Shown one piece after another: positions 37,056 to 46,776 of a DNA stretch of 64,000 nt. How positions within the stretch are numbered: the first letter of the stretch is position 1; each line of letters opens with the position of its first letter. The notes beneath the pieces were generated by a model that was not told the DNA's origin, made no database searches, and saw only the letters and a program-made list of their open reading frames with translations. This DNA comes from Candidatus Wolfebacteria bacterium RIFOXYD12_FULL_48_21. GTDB taxonomy: Bacteria > Patescibacteriota > Minisyncoccia > UBA6257 > UBA9933. Location of the stretch: positions 26,843 through 90,842 of the forward strand of contig MGIW01000004.1 in NCBI GenBank assembly GCA_001793945.1, in the 5' to 3' direction. The translations under genes and the position numbers were made by a program.

Positions 37056-40000
37056 ATGAATGGAGAAATATTCCAAACCGCATATAATAAACTAAATGCG
37101 CAACAAAAACATGCAGTAGACGCCATTGAAGGGCCGGTTATGGTCATCGCAGGGCCCGGCACGGGGAAAACGCAGATACTCACATTGCGCATTGCAAACA
37201 TTTTAAAAAAGACCGACACCGAGCCGGAGAATATTTTGGCACTTACCTTTACGGAGTCGGGAGTTGCCTCCATGCGTCGTCGTCTTATGGATATGATAGG
37301 CGGCCCGGCATATGCAACCGGTATCAGTACCTTCCATGGGTTCTGCAACGATATCATCGGAAGCTACCCGGAATATTTTCCGCGCATCATTGGCTCCGAG
37401 CCGGTGACCGATGTCGACCGCGTGCGCGTCATTGAGCGTGTTCTTGAGACCCTGCCACTCGAACTGCTGCGCCCCTACGGAGACCCGACCTATTATGTCG
37501 GGAAAATATTGTCATCGATAGACAAACTAAAACAAGAGGGTATTTCAACCGAACGCTTTGACGCAATCGTTGCGCAGGAATCGCATGCATTCGAAGGCAT
37601 CGAGGATCTCTATCACGACAAAGGAGCTCATAAGGGCAAGATGAAAGGGGCGTACCAGAAACAGCAGAAGAACATTAAAAAGGTGGACGAGCTGGCCGTG
37701 CTCTATAGGAACTACGAACAAGCGCTGAACGAGCAAAAATGGTACGACTATGCGGACATGATCATGGAGGTGCTTGGCGTGCTGGAACGCGATGCGAACC
37801 TACTGTTATTATTGCAGGAACAATACCACTATGTGTTGGTGGACGAACACCAGGACACGAACAATGCGCAAAACCGCATCGTTGAATTACTGTGTGGATT
37901 TCATCAAAACCCGAACATATTTGTGGTGGGCGATGAAAAACAGGCCATTTATCGTTTTCAAGGAGCATCGCTTGAGAACTTTCTTTATTTTCAAAAACTC
38001 TATCCATCTGCGGAGTTGATCATACTGGAAGAGAACTATCGATCCACGCAGATCATTCTCGATGCCGCACATGGCATCATTTCCGGGAAAAAAGAGTTGC
38101 GGGCGAATGCACCGCACGAAGCAAAGCCGATCCGCATCGGTGCGTTTACGACCGAAGACGCGGAATGGTATGGCGTTGCAAAAGATATCAAGGAGCGTAT
38201 GGCGCACGGAGTGGCGCCGGATACTATTGCAATCCTCTACAGAAACAACCGCGATGCGTTCCTTTTATTGGAAATGCTTGAACGCATGGAAGTCCCTGCC
38301 GTCATAGAATCGGACCAGGATATCTTACGGGATAACGAGATTGGAAAATTGGTTTGCATATTGCGTGCGGTCAATGGCTTCGGCTTGCCTGAAGACCTCA
38401 TTGGAATGTTGCACATTGATTTTCTTGGGGTTGAACCGCTTGATCTGTACAAATGCATCGAATACGCAAATCGTAACCGCACATCGATCTACGATGTACT
38501 GCGTTCCGGGCACTTGCTAAAAGACGAAACCCTACGACTGGAACGGCCGGATGTGTTGCAAACCATGTATGGCAACATGGTGCGTTGGAACGCGGCGGCA
38601 AAGAACAAGGGGTTGGCGGAGAGCGTGGAGGTAATCATGCGCGAATCGGGATTGTTGGCGCATATCCTTGCGGGATCGGAACCGGTGGAAAAGATGGAAA
38701 AACTTACGGCATTTTTTGATGAAATAAAAAAATTGATCGAATCAAATCGAAATGCGAAACTTGCGGATCTGTTCGTTCATTTGGATACCATGGAGCGCCA
38801 CGGATTGACAATAAAGAGAAGTATTGGCGGTTACGGAACGGGAAAGGTGCATTTGATGACGGCACATCGCTCGAAGGGTCTTGAATTTGATCATGTGTAC
38901 ATCGTCAATGCGTTCGACACGCACTGGGGAAATAAGAAAAACAGGGAGTTGTTAAAATTGCCCATGGCCGTATTTGCGCGCGCAGATAAACCCCTTCAAG
39001 AAGATGACGATGAGAATGCCGATGAACGAAGGCTGTTTTATGTGGCGCTGACGCGTGCAAAACAAACGGCGACAGTAACATATGCGAAAGAGAACGCACG
39101 CAAGCGCGTACTCTTGCCATCGCTCTTCATAGGAGAACTGCGGGGAGATCTTTGCGAACCCATGGAAACGAAATCGTATGAGCAAGATATGCTAACGCAT
39201 AAAGAGTTGCTGTTCACGCCGCGCACGATCGCGGCGGTGGATATCCGCGATAAGGAATATATCAAGGAGCTGTTTATGCGTAACGGCCTTTCTGCGACCG
39301 CCCTGAACAACTATTTGGTCTGCCCATGGCGCTATTTCTATTCGAACCTCTTGCGTATCCCGGGGGCGCCGGAAAAGCATCAGATGTTCGGGACGGCGGT
39401 CCATAATGCACTCCAGGATTTTTTCAATGCGCTCGCCGAGCGCGGCGCGGACAAGCAATTTCTTTTGGATAAGTTTATGTATCACCTGGGGAGGCAATCG
39501 CTTTCAGGGAGGGATTTTGAGGATGCGAAGAAAAAAGGGCTAATGGCGCTTGAAGGGTATTATGATACCTACCATCAAACATGGCGGGGGAATGTACTTA
39601 CCGAGTATGCGGTAAGCGATGTCATGATAACGCCGGAGATTCGCTTGACCGGCAAGATAGACAAGATCGAATTTCTTGACGCGGGAAACAAAGTGAATGT
39701 AGTGGACTACAAAACGGGAAAGCCGAAGTCGCGCAACCAGATAGAGGGCAAAGCAAAAGAAGCGGAAGGGGATGAAGAACATGAGGCGCAGAACGAGGGC
39801 GGGGGGATAAAGCGGCAGCTAATCTTCTATAAGATACTCTTGGATCGTCAAGGAAAATATGCCATGGTTTCGGCGGATGTCGATTTTATAGAGCCCATGT
39901 CGAGTGGAAAATATAAGAAAGAAATGTTTGAGGTGACGCCGGAAGAGGTCACTGCGCTGGAAAAGGATATCGTGCGAGTGGGGGCGGAAATTCTGGAAGG

Positions 40001-40070
40001 GGTCTTTTGGGAAAAACGATGCACCGATCCGAAGTGCGAGTATTGTGAACTGCGTGATATGATGAAATAA
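37056..40070 (+). CDS. UvrD/PcrA-like helicase fused to a PD-(D/E)XK nuclease
   Basis: AGPGTGKT, LTFT, VDEHQD, VGDEKQAIYRF, NYRS, TAHRSKGLEF, YVALTRA; GKIDKI..VDYKTG; terminal Cys cluster. Confidence 0.93.
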   Translation: MNGEIFQTAYNKLNAQQKHAVDAIEGPVMVIAGPGTGKTQILTLRIANILKKTDTEPENILALTFTESGVASMRRRLMDMIGGPAYATGISTFHGFCNDIIGSYPEYFPRIIGSEPVTDVDRVRVIERVLETLPLELLRPYGDPTYYVGKILSSIDKLKQEGISTERFDAIVAQESHAFEGIEDLYHDKGAHKGKMKGAYQKQQKNIKKVDELAVLYRNYEQALNEQKWYDYADMIMEVLGVLERDANLLLLLQEQYHYVLVDEHQDTNNAQNRIVELLCGFHQNPNIFVVGDEKQAIYRFQGASLENFLYFQKLYPSAELIILEENYRSTQIILDAAHGIISGKKELRANAPHEAKPIRIGAFTTEDAEWYGVAKDIKERMAHGVAPDTIAILYRNNRDAFLLLEMLERMEVPAVIESDQDILRDNEIGKLVCILRAVNGFGLPEDLIGMLHIDFLGVEPLDLYKCIEYANRNRTSIYDVLRSGHLLKDETLRLERPDVLQTMYGNMVRWNAAAKNKGLAESVEVIMRESGLLAHILAGSEPVEKMEKLTAFFDEIKKLIESNRNAKLADLFVHLDTMERHGLTIKRSIGGYGTGKVHLMTAHRSKGLEFDHVYIVNAFDTHWGNKKNRELLKLPMAVFARADKPLQEDDDENADERRLFYVALTRAKQTATVTYAKENARKRVLLPSLFIGELRGDLCEPMETKSYEQDMLTHKELLFTPRTIAAVDIRDKEYIKELFMRNGLSATALNNYLVCPWRYFYSNLLRIPGAPEKHQMFGTAVHNALQDFFNALAERGADKQFLLDKFMYHLGRQSLSGRDFEDAKKKGLMALEGYYDTYHQTWRGNVLTEYAVSDVMITPEIRLTGKIDKIEFLDAGNKVNVVDYKTGKPKSRNQIEGKAKEAEGDEEHEAQNEGGGIKRQLIFYKILLDRQGKYAMVSADVDFIEPMSSGKYKKEMFEVTPEEVTALEKDIVRVGAEILEGVFWEKRCTDPKCEYCELRDMMK

Positions 40071-40098
40071 ACAATGGATTGTGGTATACTATATGCAT

Positions 40099-40575
40099 AT
40101 GGCAAGATCACAAACAATGGCGCTGTTTCTGTTGCGCGTAACGCTTGGGTTTTTGTTTCTGTATGCGGGCATCGCGAAGATCATAGATCCGGCATGGACA
40201 TCGGCCGGGTATCTTATGGGCGCGCAAACAATGACAGGGTTTTATCACTGGCTCGCCGCATCGCAATTTATGCCGTTCGTTGATGCATTAAACAAATGGG
40301 GCCTGTTTCTTATCGGGGCGGCGCTTGTGCTTGGCATTGCCACGCGAACCGCGGCGGTACTGGCAAGCATGCTCATGATCTTATATTACCTGCCGGTGTT
40401 AAACTTTCCGTATGCCGGGGCGCATGGCTACATTGTCGATGAACACATTATCTATATAGCCGGTTTGATTGTAGTGATCGTATTTCGAGCCGGAAGGTGC
40501 TGGGGTATCGACGGCATGCTCGCGCGCTCCCGAAAAGTTTCGGCATCGATGAAAAAATGTTCATGGTGCAAATAA
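40099..40575 (+). CDS. DoxX family membrane protein
   Basis: LRVTLGFLFLYAG..K, GLFLIG.ALVLG..TR, IVDEHIIY, WGIDG. Confidence 0.88.
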   Translation: MARSQTMALFLLRVTLGFLFLYAGIAKIIDPAWTSAGYLMGAQTMTGFYHWLAASQFMPFVDALNKWGLFLIGAALVLGIATRTAAVLASMLMILYYLPVLNFPYAGAHGYIVDEHIIYIAGLIVVIVFRAGRCWGIDGMLARSRKVSASMKKCSWCK

Positions 40576-40678
40576 AAAAACCGCCCCATAATGGGGCGGT
40601 TTTTTGACAACGCATATGCGCATATGAGATTATGAAGACAGCTCCACATATGATATAAAAATAAAAGAGGAGGAAGCG

Positions 40679-41299
40679 ATGGGTAAAGCATGGATCTTTG
40701 ATCTGGATGGTACGCTCGTACGCACGCAAACGGAGTTTCACGCGACGGCAGAAACGGAGGTTTTAAAAGAGTGCGGCATTATAGTGAACCCGGAGGATAT
40801 AACGGTACGCTTTTCTGGCGTGCACACACTGGAAGTGTTCCGACAGTTGGCGCCACATTGTGATGCGCATGAATTGCTTGCTGAGAAGTGGAAGTACATG
40901 ATACGCCTTGCGAATACCAAGCCAATTCATCCAATCGAATGCGCGCCACAACTGATTCATCGGTTGTATACGCGCGGTGTTCCCATGGGCATAGCTTCGG
41001 CATCGCCGACGGCATGGATAGTTAGGTGTCTGACGAGTATTCGCGCGACCCCATACTTCACATGTCACGCCTCGGTTGATGAGGTTGCGCAGGGGAAGCC
41101 GGCGCCGGATGTGTTCTTGCTTGCTGCAAAACGCATGGAAGTCGACGCGGCAGACTGCGTAGCCGTGGAAGACGGGGAGGCAGGCGTCTACGCCGCACTG
41201 GCGGCCGGCATGCAGACCTTTTGGCTTACCGAAAGCGATAAGGTGATTCCCGGAGCGGTAAAGATCGATTCGCTCGTGCAGCTCATCGCCGCCCTCTAA
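40679..41299 (+). CDS. HAD-family phosphatase (beta-PGM-like)
   Basis: FDLDGTL, ASAS, GKPAPDVF, VEDG..G..AA..AGM; SD GAGGAGG. Confidence 0.9.
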   Translation: MGKAWIFDLDGTLVRTQTEFHATAETEVLKECGIIVNPEDITVRFSGVHTLEVFRQLAPHCDAHELLAEKWKYMIRLANTKPIHPIECAPQLIHRLYTRGVPMGIASASPTAWIVRCLTSIRATPYFTCHASVDEVAQGKPAPDVFLLAAKRMEVDAADCVAVEDGEAGVYAALAAGMQTFWLTESDKVIPGAVKIDSLVQLIAAL

Positions 41300-41420
41300 C
41301 TCCCGTACTTCGTTACGGCAAAACCCGCTTCGGCGGGTTTTTTACGGGTGCACGAGTAAGGTCTTTACACTTTCCACCATTTCCGATATAATGGTAACTC
41401 AATTAATAAACGTTGCCCTG

Positions 41421-41602
41421 AGTGCCCGTTCGGAATCTAATGCCTAGCCAGAATTATAAAATTTTGAGCGAAAGCCGCTAATTTCGAGGAAGCATATCGA
41501 GATACGCTGACGGAGAATTAACGGCTTGCAGCCAAAATTTTGACATTCTGGCAGGCAAGCATGCATGTAATTCCACATGCGGTTAGATTACGAGCGGGCA
41601 CT
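41421..41602. mobile_element. MITE-like element with 20-bp terminal inverted repeats
   Basis: AGTGCCCGTTCGGAATCTAA ... TTAGATTACGAGCGGGCACT (18/20 complementary), long internal hairpin, no ORF. Confidence 0.7.
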
Positions 41603-41616
41603 ATGGGCTTTTTTAT

Positions 41617-43401
41617 ATGGAAATCCGCAATATTGCGATCATCGCACACGTAGACCACGGCAAAACAACACTTACCGATGCCATCTTGAAACAAACAGGG
41701 GCCGCCGCCGAGGGGGTCAGTATGGATAGCAATACGCTCGAAAAGGAGCGTGGCATTACCATCTACGCAAAAAACGCGTCCGTCATGTACAAGGGAACGA
41801 AGATCAATATTGTGGACACCCCGGGTCACGCCGACTTCGGTTCCGAGGTTGAGCGCGTATTGCGCTCAATCGACTCCGTATTATTGGTCGTCGACGCACA
41901 AGAAGGCCCGATGCCGCAGACCAGATTCGTACTGAAAAAGTCCCTCGAGCTCGGACTACAGCCAATCGTAATCATCAACAAAATAGACAAGCCGGCTGCA
42001 AATCCTGCGGCAGCGCACGAAATGGTACTGGAATTGTTTATGGACCTTGGCGCGACCGATAAGCAGCTCAATTTTACGACCGTTTACGCGATCGGCCGCG
42101 AAGGAATAGCAAAAAAGAATCTTGAAGACGATTCGAAGGATCTCGTACCACTTTTGGATGTGATCATCGATGAGGTGCATCCAAGTCACATGCGTGACGA
42201 TCTTCCGTTCCGCGCACAGCCGTTCAACCTCGCCTACGACAATTTTTTGGGCCGTCTTGCGATAGCACGCGTGTATGAAGGCACGGTAAAGGTGGGCGAG
42301 ACCATCACTATAAAAAAACCGACCGGCGAAATCCGCGCCGGCAAGATAACCAAACTCTTTACATTCAAAGGGCTGGAGCGTATTGATTCCCCGTCGGTCA
42401 GCTCGGGCGATATTGTAATGATCGCCGGATTGGCGAACATCGACATTGGCGAAACGCTTTGCGCGAACCCTACGCAGGAAGCATTGCCGGCGATCGCCAT
42501 CGACGAGCCAACCATCTCTCTAAACTTTTTGGTCAATGACTCTCCGTTCGCAGGGAAAGAGGGCAAGTTTGTAACGACCCGGCAGATCAAAGAGCGTCTC
42601 GAAAAGGAGCTCGAGGTAAATGTAGGCTTGAAAGTTGACTTCATGGAGGGCGAGAGTTTCAAGGTGTATGGGCGCGGCGAAATGCACATAGCAATTCTGC
42701 TCGAGAACATGCGTCGCGAAGGTTTCGAACTGCAGGTATCCCAACCGCAGGTTGTTATGCATGAAGAAAACGGACACCGCATGGAACCGTTCGAGGAGGT
42801 TGTTATTGATGTGCCGGAAAAGATGGCTGGTGTGGTCATTGAAACGCTGGGTAAGCGTCGCGGCATCATGACGCAGATGAAGCAGGTAGAAAGCTATACG
42901 CGTCTGTTGTTCGAGATCCCTACGCGCGGATTGCTCGGTTACCGTGGCCAGTTCACCATAGATACGCGCGGTGAAGGTATTTTGTGCAGCCGTTTCATCG
43001 GCTTCCGCCCGCATGCGGGAGAGATCGTAAAAACGGAACTCGGTTCCATGATATCCATGGTAACCGGCAAGGCGCTGGCATTTTCATTGGCCAACCTGCA
43101 GGATCGCGGAACATTGTTCATTGAAGCAAATACCGAGGTCTACGAAGGCATGGTTATCGGCAATACATCAAAAGGAAATGACATGACGGTGAACCCGATC
43201 AAAGGAAAGCAGCTTACAAACATGCGCGCATCCCGCGCGGACGAAGCGATTCAGCTGGTTCCACCATTGACGGTAACGCTTGAGCGCGGGCTTGAAGTGA
43301 TGGCCGAAGATGAATATCTGGAAGTGACCCCGAAAAGCATTCGGTTGCGCAAGCAAAGCTTGAACGAGACCGATCGATCTAAGGCATCAAAGAAGAAATA
43401 A
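41617..43401 (+). CDS. typA: Translational GTPase TypA/BipA
   Basis: RNIAIIAHVDHGKTT, ERGITI, DTPGHADF, GRGEMH, PTRGLLG, LEVTPKSIRLRK. Confidence 0.97.
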   Translation: MEIRNIAIIAHVDHGKTTLTDAILKQTGAAAEGVSMDSNTLEKERGITIYAKNASVMYKGTKINIVDTPGHADFGSEVERVLRSIDSVLLVVDAQEGPMPQTRFVLKKSLELGLQPIVIINKIDKPAANPAAAHEMVLELFMDLGATDKQLNFTTVYAIGREGIAKKNLEDDSKDLVPLLDVIIDEVHPSHMRDDLPFRAQPFNLAYDNFLGRLAIARVYEGTVKVGETITIKKPTGEIRAGKITKLFTFKGLERIDSPSVSSGDIVMIAGLANIDIGETLCANPTQEALPAIAIDEPTISLNFLVNDSPFAGKEGKFVTTRQIKERLEKELEVNVGLKVDFMEGESFKVYGRGEMHIAILLENMRREGFELQVSQPQVVMHEENGHRMEPFEEVVIDVPEKMAGVVIETLGKRRGIMTQMKQVESYTRLLFEIPTRGLLGYRGQFTIDTRGEGILCSRFIGFRPHAGEIVKTELGSMISMVTGKALAFSLANLQDRGTLFIEANTEVYEGMVIGNTSKGNDMTVNPIKGKQLTNMRASRADEAIQLVPPLTVTLERGLEVMAEDEYLEVTPKSIRLRKQSLNETDRSKASKKK

Positions 43402-43463
43402 CATTGCGCAAAGGCGCCCGCGTTCGCTATAATGGATAAAAAGTTAACCGCAAAAACGAAACT

Positions 43464-44105
43464 ATGAATTACAAGGAAGGCATGGCGGTGGCGATATTTC
43501 TTGCGCTGCTCGTTATTGGATTTGGCATGTATGGAAAATTGGACATAGCGCAACAAAAACCGACAATACCACAAAAGGAAACGCAACTCAGCTCACCAAA
43601 AACGACAAAAACAACTATGGAAACAAACGCTCGCATTGAAGTCACATTGCAGACATCAGAGGGTCCGATCGTCATAGCGCTAAACGGCGATCAAACGCCA
43701 AAAACGGTGGAAAACTTCGTGACGCTCACGAAAAAAGGCTTTTATAACGGAACGGTATTCCATCGGGCGATTAGCGGATTTATGATCCAGGGCGGCGACC
43801 CGAAAGGCGACGGTACGGGCGGACCCGGCTACACATTTGCAGATGAGCCGTTTACCGGAGAGTACTTGCGGGGTACGGTAGCCATGGCAAATGCAGGCCC
43901 GAACACGAATGGCAGTCAATTCTTCATCATGCACGCGGATTATCCGTTGCCGAAAAATTACACGATCTTTGGTCGCGTAGTGCAGGGCATGGACACGGTA
44001 GACAAAATAGCCGGCGCTCCGGTAACCCCGAATCAATTCACCGGTGAACCGTCTAAGCCGGTAAACCCGGTAACGATCATCAGCGCGACGGTCACAGAAA
44101 AATAA
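43464..44105 (+). CDS. Cyclophilin-type peptidyl-prolyl isomerase with N-terminal anchor
   Basis: PKTVENF, FHR...FMIQGGD, AMANAGPNTNGSQFFI, FGRV. Confidence 0.95.
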   Translation: MNYKEGMAVAIFLALLVIGFGMYGKLDIAQQKPTIPQKETQLSSPKTTKTTMETNARIEVTLQTSEGPIVIALNGDQTPKTVENFVTLTKKGFYNGTVFHRAISGFMIQGGDPKGDGTGGPGYTFADEPFTGEYLRGTVAMANAGPNTNGSQFFIMHADYPLPKNYTIFGRVVQGMDTVDKIAGAPVTPNQFTGEPSKPVNPVTIISATVTEK

Positions 44106-44121
44106 CATATAATTATCGTCT

Positions 44122-44370
44122 ATGTTCGAATCTTTCAAACAACTGAAACAGCTTAAGGAATTGCAAAGTGCAATCCAAAAGGAGGAAATTGCCGTGGAGC
44201 GCGACGGCGTGCGCATCGTTATGAACGGCGCATTTGAGGTAAAGGAAGTGGCGATACCCGCCGATCTTTCAGGAAGCAAGCTTGAAGCGGTCATGCGCGA
44301 CGCGTTCAACGATGCAGTCAAAAAAGCACAGCAGGCGATAGCCGGAAGATTTGCCTCGATGCAAAAATAA
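44122..44370 (+). CDS. ybaB: YbaB/EbfC nucleoid-associated protein
   Basis: Coiled N-terminus, VRIVMNG..V..V.I, AFNDAVKKAQ. Confidence 0.8.
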   Translation: MFESFKQLKQLKELQSAIQKEEIAVERDGVRIVMNGAFEVKEVAIPADLSGSKLEAVMRDAFNDAVKKAQQAIAGRFASMQK

Positions 44371-44504
44371 TGGGTGCAAAATATCAACTTAAAAATAACG
44401 CAATGACATGCGTTGTTTTTTTATTATGCACATTTTGTGATTACCGTGGATATAAAAATGGTGTATACTTTATGGATAAGAGACGCCAATAGTATGCAGC
44501 GCAC

Positions 44505-46769
44505 ATGAAATTACGCATGTCTATAAAAACGAAGGTTATTATCGGTGTTGTCGTGACTACGGCATGCTTCGGCGTGCTTATGGCTATCACCGCAACGCGG
44601 GTGGCGGATCGGGTCATCACCGACATAGTATTAAAGCACACCGCAATGGTCGTCACGCAACAAAGGGATGTTATCGAGGGCGTGTTTGCGGATTCGATCG
44701 GTTTCGCGCGCAATATCAGTTTACAGCAACCAATTATAACATACTTACAACTATCCGATCCGCAAGAGCAAGATCCCACGCTACTTGCGCATTTAACCAA
44801 TAGCGATGCGAACAAGCACTACCAAGCGGTCTATGTCATGGACAAAGCAGGTAAAACACTTGTTTCTACCGATCCATCATTTGTCGGGCAAAATTATGCG
44901 TTCCGTACCTACTTCAAGGGGGCAATATCCGGCGCATCAACCGTAGATGCCGCTATCGGCGTAACCAGCGGCAAATTTGGTTATTATTTTTCGCATCCGG
45001 TAAAAGCGCCTTCGGGGGAGATTGTTGGCATAGTTGTGGCAAAATTAAAGGAAGACCTGATCACCGATGCATTGAGGCCCGACGACTTGAGCGCGGAGGG
45101 TAACGCGATACTCGTAGACAAATATGGCGTCGTAATACAGGCAAAGAAAAGAAATTTGCTTTTTAAAAGTTTGGGGAAGTTACCCCCAAATGTCCTTCGG
45201 GAAATAACGGAAGAGAAACGATTCGGAGGTATCGACATACAAGCCATGCATTACGACGAAGTCGCTCGCGAGATCGCGGGACTGGGGGAGTCGCGCGAAT
45301 TTATAGTATATGATCAGATGCATGCGCGCGATGAGCTGGTAGGAATGGCCCGCATACCTAATACTCCCTTTTTTATAGTCATAACGGAACTGCGCCAATT
45401 TTTTACGGAAGCAGCCGACAAGGCGGTACTTGGTATGGGGATATTTATTTTCGTAGCATCACTTGGCATGGGAATTGTGGTGACAATGCTGCTGCTGTTA
45501 GTGGTACGCCCGCTCCGCGCGTTGCGGGACTCATTACTGCAAACAGTAAAGGGAATCGGCGCGCAGCCACATATCATCAAAACAAGCGATGAGTTCGAAG
45601 ACATAAGCGCTACGCTCGCCGCGGCAATGAACCAAATCAAGAAAGCGCACGGGGCTATGGAAAATAAGCTATGGGAGCGCGCCGCGGATTTCGAAAAGTT
45701 CAAACTTGCCGTGGAAAGTGCCTCCGACCATATCATCATCACCGATATCGATGGGCATATTCTTTACGCAAATAAAGCAGCCGAAGCGACGACAGGATAT
45801 TCGCGCAATGAAATGATCGGCAACCGCCCGTCATTATGGGGGCGACAGATGAAAAAAGAGTTTTATGAAACGATGTGGTCTACCATAAAGGAACAAAGGC
45901 AGCCCTTTCATGCGGAAGTTACAAATCGTCGGAAAAACGGGGAGATCTATGAATCGGATATGCATATTGCTCCGCTCCTTACCGATAAGGGCGATGCGCG
46001 GGGCTTCGTAGGAATAGAACGCGATATTACGGCGCAAAAAAATGCAGATCGGGCGAAGACGGATTTTGTATCGATCGCGTCGCACCAATTGCGCACGCCG
46101 CTTGCGGCGATCAATTGGTATGTGGAAATGTTGTCAGATGAAGATGTCGGCCCGATCAATGCCATACAGCGTAAATATCTCGATCAGATCCATGTAGCGA
46201 GTGCGCGCATGGTCGAGTTGGTCAGCTCATTGTTAAGCGTATCCCGCATCGATACTGGATCGCTTCACTCGGAGCCGGCTCCGGCACTCCTGTCAGATAT
46301 AGCCGATTCTGTCATGGATGAACTGAGTCAATTCGCAGAAAAAAGACGCATCAGCGTCAATAAAGAGTATGCAAAAAATATGGGCACGATCAATGTTGAC
46401 CCAAATATGATGCGCGTAGTTCTTCAAAATTTGCTTTCGAATGCGCTCAAATATACGCCAGAAAAGGGGTCTGTTACGGTGTCCATAAAAAAGGTATATG
46501 GGCAAGCGGTCATAACCGTATCCGATACAGGTTACGGCATCCCTGCAAACCAGCAATCGCAGATTTTCACCAAATTCTTCCGCGCGGACAATGCCCGCAA
46601 AAAAGAGCCTGAGGGTAACGGCCTTGGTCTCTATATAACAAAATCGATCATCGACCATGTACGGGGAACAATAGGATTTGTATCTACGGAGGGAAAGGGA
46701 AGTACATTTCGCATAACACTTCCACTTCCGGGCGAGGTCGCAAAAACCAATAGGAAGGATCGCGCATAA
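44505..46769 (+). CDS. Sensor histidine kinase (dCache-like, PAS, HisKA, HATPase)
   Basis: Two TMs; YAFRTYF..GYYFS Cache motif; PAS; ASHQLRTPL, NLLSNALKY, DTGYGI, GLGL. Confidence 0.93.
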   Translation: MKLRMSIKTKVIIGVVVTTACFGVLMAITATRVADRVITDIVLKHTAMVVTQQRDVIEGVFADSIGFARNISLQQPIITYLQLSDPQEQDPTLLAHLTNSDANKHYQAVYVMDKAGKTLVSTDPSFVGQNYAFRTYFKGAISGASTVDAAIGVTSGKFGYYFSHPVKAPSGEIVGIVVAKLKEDLITDALRPDDLSAEGNAILVDKYGVVIQAKKRNLLFKSLGKLPPNVLREITEEKRFGGIDIQAMHYDEVAREIAGLGESREFIVYDQMHARDELVGMARIPNTPFFIVITELRQFFTEAADKAVLGMGIFIFVASLGMGIVVTMLLLLVVRPLRALRDSLLQTVKGIGAQPHIIKTSDEFEDISATLAAAMNQIKKAHGAMENKLWERAADFEKFKLAVESASDHIIITDIDGHILYANKAAEATTGYSRNEMIGNRPSLWGRQMKKEFYETMWSTIKEQRQPFHAEVTNRRKNGEIYESDMHIAPLLTDKGDARGFVGIERDITAQKNADRAKTDFVSIASHQLRTPLAAINWYVEMLSDEDVGPINAIQRKYLDQIHVASARMVELVSSLLSVSRIDTGSLHSEPAPALLSDIADSVMDELSQFAEKRRISVNKEYAKNMGTINVDPNMMRVVLQNLLSNALKYTPEKGSVTVSIKKVYGQAVITVSDTGYGIPANQQSQIFTKFFRADNARKKEPEGNGLGLYITKSIIDHVRGTIGFVSTEGKGSTFRITLPLPGEVAKTNRKDRA

Positions 46770-46776
46770 TACCAAT

